Shown here piece by piece: positions 58,470-64,000 of a stretch of DNA of 64,000 nt. The DNA comes from a virus. Made by a program: the position numbers and the translations under genes. The stretch spans positions 23,737 to 87,736 of IMG/VR virus record IMGVR_UViG_3300037493_004064. The stretch is one strand, 5' to 3'. The notes under the pieces are model-generated. The model was not told the origin of the DNA and did no database searches. It saw only the letters and a list, made by a program, of their open reading frames with translations. Each line of letters starts with the position of its first letter. The stretch's first letter is position 1.

Positions 58470-59383
58470 AAAAAGTATCAATTTCCGATATTGAATCATT
58501 GGTGAATTTTGAAATCAGTGAGGAATGCAAAAAAGCAATCATTGACTATAATTTAGTTTATGAAGATTTATCTTTGCCTGAGCGTGATTCAGTCATATTA
58601 AGCATAATTAATTATCTTCACGGAGAGGTAGAATTCTCAGGACCACATCGGTTAAAACAGTGGGAAAGGGGATGGGAACACTCTCTTGCCTCCTTCAACA
58701 ATAAGAACGACATTGAACAATTAAAACCTGATTACTTCGGTAAATCAAGTATAGTTAGATGGGGCGGAGAATTTGTTCGCGCCAGAACCGAAGGTTTTGA
58801 TTTTAAACTTCTTACTATCTTCGTAGATTCGTATCTTCATAAGTTCGTCGGTTCTTCCTATGATAATCTGATTGAGTTTGGATGCGGCTCATCTTACCAT
58901 TTAGTTCGCTTCGGCGAAAGAAACAGAAATATAAATCTAATCGGCCTTGATTGGGCAAAGGCGTCCCAAGATATTATTAGTAAGATACAACTTACTGGGT
59001 TAAATAACAGATTAACAGGACATAATTTTGATTTTTACTCCCCTTCGTCGGACTTCAATATTCCAGCAGAGAGTGCCATATTTACGTGTGACGCCCTTGA
59101 GCAAGTAGGAGCAAACTTTAAACCATTTATTGATTTTCTACTGGTGCATAAACCCAAACTTTGTATTAATTTTGAACCAATTACTGAACTACTGAATAAA
59201 GATATTTTGGTTGATAAACTGTCATTGATGCATACTGAAAAGAGAAAATACTTAACTGGATATCTGACTTACCTAGAGCAATTGGAACACGAAAATAAAA
59301 TTGAAATTTTAATAAAACGGCGGTTATATTGTGGATCACTTTACTTGGAGCCACATTCTGTTGTAATTTGGAAAATAAAATGA
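58466..59383 (+). CDS. class I SAM-dependent methyltransferase
   Basis: IEFGCGS...GLDWA...FDF...ALEQ...FEPI. Confidence 0.75.
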   Translation: MKKVSISDIESLVNFEISEECKKAIIDYNLVYEDLSLPERDSVILSIINYLHGEVEFSGPHRLKQWERGWEHSLASFNNKNDIEQLKPDYFGKSSIVRWGGEFVRARTEGFDFKLLTIFVDSYLHKFVGSSYDNLIEFGCGSSYHLVRFGERNRNINLIGLDWAKASQDIISKIQLTGLNNRLTGHNFDFYSPSSDFNIPAESAIFTCDALEQVGANFKPFIDFLLVHKPKLCINFEPITELLNKDILVDKLSLMHTEKRKYLTGYLTYLEQLEHENKIEILIKRRLYCGSLYLEPHSVVIWKIK

Positions 59384-59904
59384 GTACATATAAAGATTCA
59401 CTAATTGGAGCCATGACGTTTCTTGGCAGCAAAGATGATACTATTTTCGTTGGTCAACAGATCATCTTCGCCGGTAACCCGATGAGCACCACCTTAGAAA
59501 ATGTTTCCAAGGATAAGATGATAGAACTACCTGTTATGGAAGAAACTCAAATGGGGATGAGCCTAGGGCTGGCAATTGCGGGCAACACGGTAATTACATT
59601 TTATCCACGTTGGGATTTTATACTCTCTGCGACTAATCAATTAGTAAATCATGTAAACACTTTCAGCCTGATGACCGGAAAGAAAGTTAACATGATTATC
59701 AGATTAGGTAAGGGCTCCGATAAGCCACTTGATCCTGGACACCAGCATAAAGGAAACTATCTTTCGGAATTTAAAACCCTTTGCCCAAATATAAAATTTC
59801 ATGATTTGACCAATGGTGCAATGATCGTGGATAGTTACGTCAACGCCTACACGGATGGTGGAGTCCATGTCATGGTTGAATACCCGGAATTGTACTCATC
59901 ATAA
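59380..59904 (+). CDS. TPP-dependent E1 beta/transketolase pyrimidine-binding subunit (short, 174 aa)
   Basis: IFVGQ...ELPVMEETQMGMSLGLA..G...NQLVNH...GHQH; start at ATG 59380. Confidence 0.8.
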   Translation: MSTYKDSLIGAMTFLGSKDDTIFVGQQIIFAGNPMSTTLENVSKDKMIELPVMEETQMGMSLGLAIAGNTVITFYPRWDFILSATNQLVNHVNTFSLMTGKKVNMIIRLGKGSDKPLDPGHQHKGNYLSEFKTLCPNIKFHDLTNGAMIVDSYVNAYTDGGVHVMVEYPELYSS

Positions 59905-59913
59905 GGAGAGAGC

Positions 59914-60012
59914 ATGTTTATTACAAAGTTTATTAAAAAAATGATACGAGAATACAAGTATCGTAAGCGCCTAAAGGAGATGCGAAAGCGCGACCCCTTT
60001 ATTTACAAATGA
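59914..60012 (+). CDS. small basic 32-aa protein coupled to the carbamoyltransferase (below ORF-track cutoff)
   Basis: AGGAG Shine-Dalgarno; MFITKFIKKMIREYKYRKRLKEMRKRDPFIYK*; ATGA overlap with 60009. Confidence 0.7.
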   Translation: MFITKFIKKMIREYKYRKRLKEMRKRDPFIYK

Positions 60013-61493
60013 ACTACATCGGCATCTCCTCAGGGTTCCATGACGCAGCAGTGAGCGTTATCGACCAATCCGGCAATATTCTCTTTGCCGGACACTCCGA
60101 ACGCTACTCAAAGCAGAAGCACGACAAGGAGTTAACTCAGTTGGCCGTGTGTAACGCCCTGGACTACATCACTGATGACTATGAAGTTCATTACTATGAG
60201 AAGCCTTGGTTAAAGTTCCTGCGACAGATACGAGCAGGCGAACCGCTAGATATGCGTACTCTATCCGCACGAAACATGATCGGGCGACTAAATTGGGTAA
60301 CTCTTGATAAACAGCCGATTCACACCCACAGTCATCACCTAAGTCATGCCGCAGCGGGGTTTCAGACAAGCCCGTTCACTGAGGCAACAGTGGTGATCAT
60401 TGACGCCATTGGTGAGTTTGAAACTATCACTATCTGGGATGCATCGTATGATGATCGTGGTCAGGCTCGTTACGAGAAACTCTGGAGCAAGACTTACCCA
60501 GATAGCATTGGTCTATTCTACTCAGCAATGACTAAGCGAGTAGGACTGCGCCCTCTGGACGAGGAATACATTCTGATGGGTATGGCAGCATACGGCACCC
60601 CGGTACATTACGCTGAATTACATGATGAACTTATGGAAGACAGCAGTGATTTATCGTTTGTTCATAATCTTCATACAGGTGTACCTGATTATTTCCTCCA
60701 AGGTGCCAATGACATGGACATTGCTGCATCAAGTCAATTGCTTGTGGAACATCTTATACAGAACGTGATGACCAGAGCCAAAATACTTGGCAGATCAGAC
60801 AATCTGGTATATGGCGGCGGCGTTGCACTGAACTGTCTGGCCAATAGAAACCTACATCAGAAATTCAAAAACATCTGGATCATGCCGAACCCAGGTGATG
60901 CAGGGTCAAGTCTCGGCGCCGCCGCGTTGGGACATGGTGGTAAAATCAACTGGCAGAACGCCTATCTTGGTTTTAACATTGACCGACCGTATCCTGTGAA
61001 CGCCCTACTTAGAGAACTGCTACACGGGAACATCGTTGGTGTAGCCAGCGGCCGGGCAGAGTTCGGTCCAAGAGCACTGGGCAACAGATCATTACTGGCA
61101 GACCCTAGAGGACCCTTGATCAAGGACAAAGTAAATGAAATCAAACGTAGACAGCAGTTCAGACCTTTCGCGCCAGTTATACTGGAGGAATTTGCTGATC
61201 AGTTTTTTGATATGTCTTGCGGCAGCAGTGATAACAGGTACATGCAGTTCATCGCTACTTGTCGGCGTCCTGACTTATTTCCTGCTATCGTTCATCACGA
61301 CGGAACTAGTCGTGTACAGACTGTACCCAAAGATGGCAGCGGAATCAGAGAACTACTTGAAAAATGGTACCTGATGACTGAATGCCCGATGTTGCTGAAC
61401 ACCTCGCTGAACATCCGCGGCGAACCAATGGTCAACACCGTCTCGGATGCTGAACGATTCTCAAAACTTTATGGGGTGCATGTATTCTCTTAA
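60009..61493 (+). CDS. O-carbamoyltransferase (NodU/CmcH/TobZ family)
   Basis: HDAA, HHLSHAA, GGVALNC, GDAG, EFGPRALGNRSLLADP, FRPFAP, NTSLN. Confidence 0.92.
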   Translation: MNYIGISSGFHDAAVSVIDQSGNILFAGHSERYSKQKHDKELTQLAVCNALDYITDDYEVHYYEKPWLKFLRQIRAGEPLDMRTLSARNMIGRLNWVTLDKQPIHTHSHHLSHAAAGFQTSPFTEATVVIIDAIGEFETITIWDASYDDRGQARYEKLWSKTYPDSIGLFYSAMTKRVGLRPLDEEYILMGMAAYGTPVHYAELHDELMEDSSDLSFVHNLHTGVPDYFLQGANDMDIAASSQLLVEHLIQNVMTRAKILGRSDNLVYGGGVALNCLANRNLHQKFKNIWIMPNPGDAGSSLGAAALGHGGKINWQNAYLGFNIDRPYPVNALLRELLHGNIVGVASGRAEFGPRALGNRSLLADPRGPLIKDKVNEIKRRQQFRPFAPVILEEFADQFFDMSCGSSDNRYMQFIATCRRPDLFPAIVHHDGTSRVQTVPKDGSGIRELLEKWYLMTECPMLLNTSLNIRGEPMVNTVSDAERFSKLYGVHVFS

Positions 61494-61496
61494 ATA
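61490..61496 (+). promoter_or_regulatory. late promoter (TTAAATA), 4 nt before ATG 61501
   Basis: TAAATA-GAGG-ATG, overlapping the stop codon of the upstream gene. Confidence 0.6.
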
Positions 61497-61500
61497 GAGG

Positions 61501-64000
61501 ATGCGAGATGTATTCTATTTCAACAAAAAACCAAACGTTCACCCCCGAGAAAAACCAGCTAAGGATTTAACAGATGCTCGGCAACAGGCTGGCACGGAGC
61601 ATTTCTGGATAATTAACGAACTATGTGATTATTCCGGATTTGACTGGGAATGGGACTTTGAGTTTTTACCGGACGAAGAAGTATGGGCCCAAGAACATAA
61701 CAATGTATGGCCGAGTCAACATCAAAAGGATAGTGGTACTTGGTTATGCCCAAAAGAACTAAGTGAAGTTATTATCTATAGGGCAGACGTTCAGCCTATC
61801 ATCAGAAAAAACCATGAGAATGACAATTGGATTCTGACTGACACAATTGACAAGTTTGCGTTTGATTTTAGTTGGCACCCTGATCCAACTGACCCGCCAT
61901 TCATATACGTATGGGGTAACGCATGGTTTCCCGCTGAACTTGGCTCAGTCATTGAGTATCACGTACCAGGTGCCACAGAACGAAAGTACATGACTGAGGT
62001 TGTTAAACTACTTCCAGGAGAAAACTGGATAGAGCAGATACTCATTGACAAATCATTCTTTGATCTTAGTTGGCGTCCTGATCCACGCGAACCGCCGTTT
62101 ATCTATGTGTGGGGTAATAAATGGATATCCGCCGAAGCATTCACCACGTTAGAATATCATTGCCCCGGGGCAACAGAGCGTAAGTACGTAGAATGGAATA
62201 TACCGCTTCTACATCAGATGGATAAGTGGAGAATCACCCAGCCGATTGACAGAACGAAATTCGACCTCACGTGGAGACCCGATCCGAGAGAACCGCCGTT
62301 TATCTATGTATGGGGAAACAAATGGGTATCCGCTGAGTTACAACCGACTCTGGAGTACCACGTACCTGGTGCCATAGAACGCAAGTACATGGACGAACTG
62401 GTAGAAGTGCTACCTGATGGCAACTGGAATGAGGTCCAGCCGATTGACCAGTCATCTTTTGATTTGTCATGGAGACCCGATCCGAGAGAACCGCCGTTTA
62501 TCTATGTATGGGGAAATGTATTTGTCCCTGGTGAAAGAGAAGCAACACTTGAACATCGCGTGCCAGGTGCCACGGAGCGCAAGTACATGGGGATAGTTGA
62601 TCTGGCACCTGAATGGGACCGATGGAAAGAACTTCAACCTGTTGATAAAAAATCATTTGATTTCAGATGGCGACCGGATCCTAATCTTGAGGAACCACCA
62701 TATATTTACGTGTGGGGTAATAAATGGATATCCGCTGAACTACAACCGACACTAGAGTATCACGTACCAGGTGCCACTGAACGCAAGTACATGGAAGAAC
62801 TACCTGTTGTACTAATGGAGTCAGATCGGTGGGTGGAGAGACAGCCGATCGTCCGGTCATTTGATTTAAGTTGGAGACCTGATCCGAGAGAACCACCGTT
62901 TATCTATGTATGGGGAAACAAATGGGTATCCGCTGAACTACAACCGACGCTAGAATATCATACACCCGGCGCCACTGAACGCAAGTACATGGAAGAGATA
63001 GTGGAAGTAGTACAGGATGCCAACTGGAATGAATCTCAGCCGATTGACCAGTCATCTTTTGATCTGTCATGGAGACCTGATCCACGTGAGCCACCATTCA
63101 TCTACGTATGGGGAAACGTATTTGTTCCTGGTGAAAGAGAAGCAACACTAGAATACACGGTGCCAGGTGCCACGGAGCGCAAGTACATGGGGATAGTTGA
63201 TCTGGCACCTGAATGGGACCGATGGAAAGAACTTCAACCTGTTGATAAAAAATCATTTGATTTCAGATGGCGCCCCGATCCTAATCTGGAAGAGCCACCT
63301 TACGTTTATGTATGGGGTAACAAGTGGATACCTGCTGAACTACAACCGACACTAGAGTATCACGTACCAGGTGCTACAGAGCGCAAGTACATGGAAGAAC
63401 TACCTGTTGTACTAATGGAGTCAGATCGGTGGGTGGAGAGACAGCCGATTGACAAGTCATCATTTGACCTCTCATGGAGACCCGATCCGAGAGAACCGCC
63501 GTACATCTATGTATGGGGAAACAAATGGGTATCCGCTGAACTACAACCGACACTAGAGTATCACGTACCAGGTGCCACTGAACGCAAGTACATGGACGAA
63601 CTGGTAGAAGTGCTACCTGATGGCAACTGGAATGAGGTCCAGCCGATCGTCCGGTCATTTGATTTAAGTTGGAGACCTGATCCGAGAGAACCACCGTTTA
63701 TCTATGTATGGGGAAACAAATGGGTATCCGCTGAACTACAACCGACACTAGAGTATCACGTACCAGGTGCCACTGAACGCAAGTACATGGAAGAGATAGT
63801 GGAAGTAGTACAGGATGCCAACTGGAATGAATCTCAGCCGATTGACCAGTCATCTTTTGATCTGTCATGGAGACCTGATCCGAGAGAACCGCCGTACATC
63901 TACGTATGGGGAAATGTATTTGTCCCTGGTGAAAGAGAAGCAACACTAGAATACACGGTGCCAGGTGCCTCTGAACGCAAGTACATGGGGATAGTTGATC
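61501..64000 (+). CDS. Trp/Pro-rich tandem-repeat protein (partial, at least 833 aa; not in ORF track)
   Basis: Hand translation is open from ATG 61501 (MRDVFYFNKKPNVHPREK...) to the window end. Confidence 0.9.
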   Translation, partial: MRDVFYFNKKPNVHPREKPAKDLTDARQQAGTEHFWIINELCDYSGFDWEWDFEFLPDEEVWAQEHNNVWPSQHQKDSGTWLCPKELSEVIIYRADVQPIIRKNHENDNWILTDTIDKFAFDFSWHPDPTDPPFIYVWGNAWFPAELGSVIEYHVPGATERKYMTEVVKLLPGENWIEQILIDKSFFDLSWRPDPREPPFIYVWGNKWISAEAFTTLEYHCPGATERKYVEWNIPLLHQMDKWRITQPIDRTKFDLTWRPDPREPPFIYVWGNKWVSAELQPTLEYHVPGAIERKYMDELVEVLPDGNWNEVQPIDQSSFDLSWRPDPREPPFIYVWGNVFVPGEREATLEHRVPGATERKYMGIVDLAPEWDRWKELQPVDKKSFDFRWRPDPNLEEPPYIYVWGNKWISAELQPTLEYHVPGATERKYMEELPVVLMESDRWVERQPIVRSFDLSWRPDPREPPFIYVWGNKWVSAELQPTLEYHTPGATERKYMEEIVEVVQDANWNESQPIDQSSFDLSWRPDPREPPFIYVWGNVFVPGEREATLEYTVPGATERKYMGIVDLAPEWDRWKELQPVDKKSFDFRWRPDPNLEEPPYVYVWGNKWIPAELQPTLEYHVPGATERKYMEELPVVLMESDRWVERQPIDKSSFDLSWRPDPREPPYIYVWGNKWVSAELQPTLEYHVPGATERKYMDELVEVLPDGNWNEVQPIVRSFDLSWRPDPREPPFIYVWGNKWVSAELQPTLEYHVPGATERKYMEEIVEVVQDANWNESQPIDQSSFDLSWRPDPREPPYIYVWGNVFVPGEREATLEYTVPGASERKYMGIVD
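61873..64000 (+). repeat. in-frame tandem repeat, at least 11 units of 195-207 bp (65-69 aa)
   Basis: W[RH]PDP codons start at 61873, 62071, 62272, 62470, 62668, 62872, 63070, 63268, 63475, 63670 and 63868. Consensus FDLSWRPDPREPPFIYVWGNKWVSAELQPTLEYHVPGATERKYM plus a variable linker. Confidence 0.95.

Noticed and set aside
8324-59379. Longer upstream starts given by the ORF track (8324, 44459, 50924, 51376, 52524, 54559, 59329)
   Set aside because: Downstream ATGs give ATGA/TAATG coupling or promoter/Shine-Dalgarno context and begin at the conserved domain.
44498-59904. Pyruvate dehydrogenase as an auxiliary metabolic gene
   Set aside because: Both subunits are truncated, E2 and E3 are absent, and the context is NDP-sugar enzymes.
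62681-63946. Repeated minus-strand ORFs with PCTCVQW motifs
   Set aside because: These are antisense shadows of the + strand repeat protein; they are interrupted by stops and have no ribosome-binding site.
61873-64000. Possible CRISPR array or non-coding repeat
   Set aside because: Unit lengths are all multiples of 3 (195-207 bp), the frame is open, many differences are synonymous, the 'spacers' recur, and no cas genes are present. It is a coding repeat.
61873-64000. Diversity-generating retroelement template/variable repeat pair
   Set aside because: Differences between copies are not confined to adenines and no reverse transcriptase is in the window.
1-64000. Bacterial chromosomal O-antigen/capsule locus or prophage; tRNA or rRNA genes
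   Set aside because: There are no wzx/wzy/ABC export genes, integrase or host housekeeping genes, and the cluster is continuous with phage late genes. Intergenic gaps are too short for structured RNA genes and none was recognised.

Overview
This 64 kb window is part of a large T4-superfamily (jumbo-type) myophage genome. Almost everything is on the + strand and the genes are tightly coupled by ATGA/TAATG overlaps. At the left edge is a minus-strand gp55-like late sigma factor, missed by the ORF track, with a clear sigma70 promoter. It sits back-to-back with a T4-type late promoter (TAAATA). Positions 696-32735 are a contractile-tail baseplate and fibre module: tube initiator, gp53-, gp27-, gp5-, gp25- and gp6-like genes, a 5810-aa gp7-like protein, and fibre proteins. 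A decayed homing-endonuclease remnant lies between gp25 and gp6. Positions 32784-61493 are about 29 kb of glycan enzymes preceded by late-type promoters: several glycosyltransferase-like families, two radical SAM enzymes, six GCS-type SGNH-like proteins, three methyltransferases, RmlC, three SDRs (two lacking the catalytic Tyr), split and truncated TPP-dependent E1 alpha/beta subunits, a HAD/nucleotidyltransferase, a POFUT-like enzyme and a carbamoyltransferase. The best candidate for a new system is a late-expressed pathway that makes an unusual, probably branched and heavily substituted glycan and attaches it to the virion. The window ends inside an unannotated ORF (61501 to beyond 64000) with at least 11 Trp/Pro-rich repeats of about 66 aa that show module shuffling. 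All protein calls come from recognising motifs by eye; no database searches were run.
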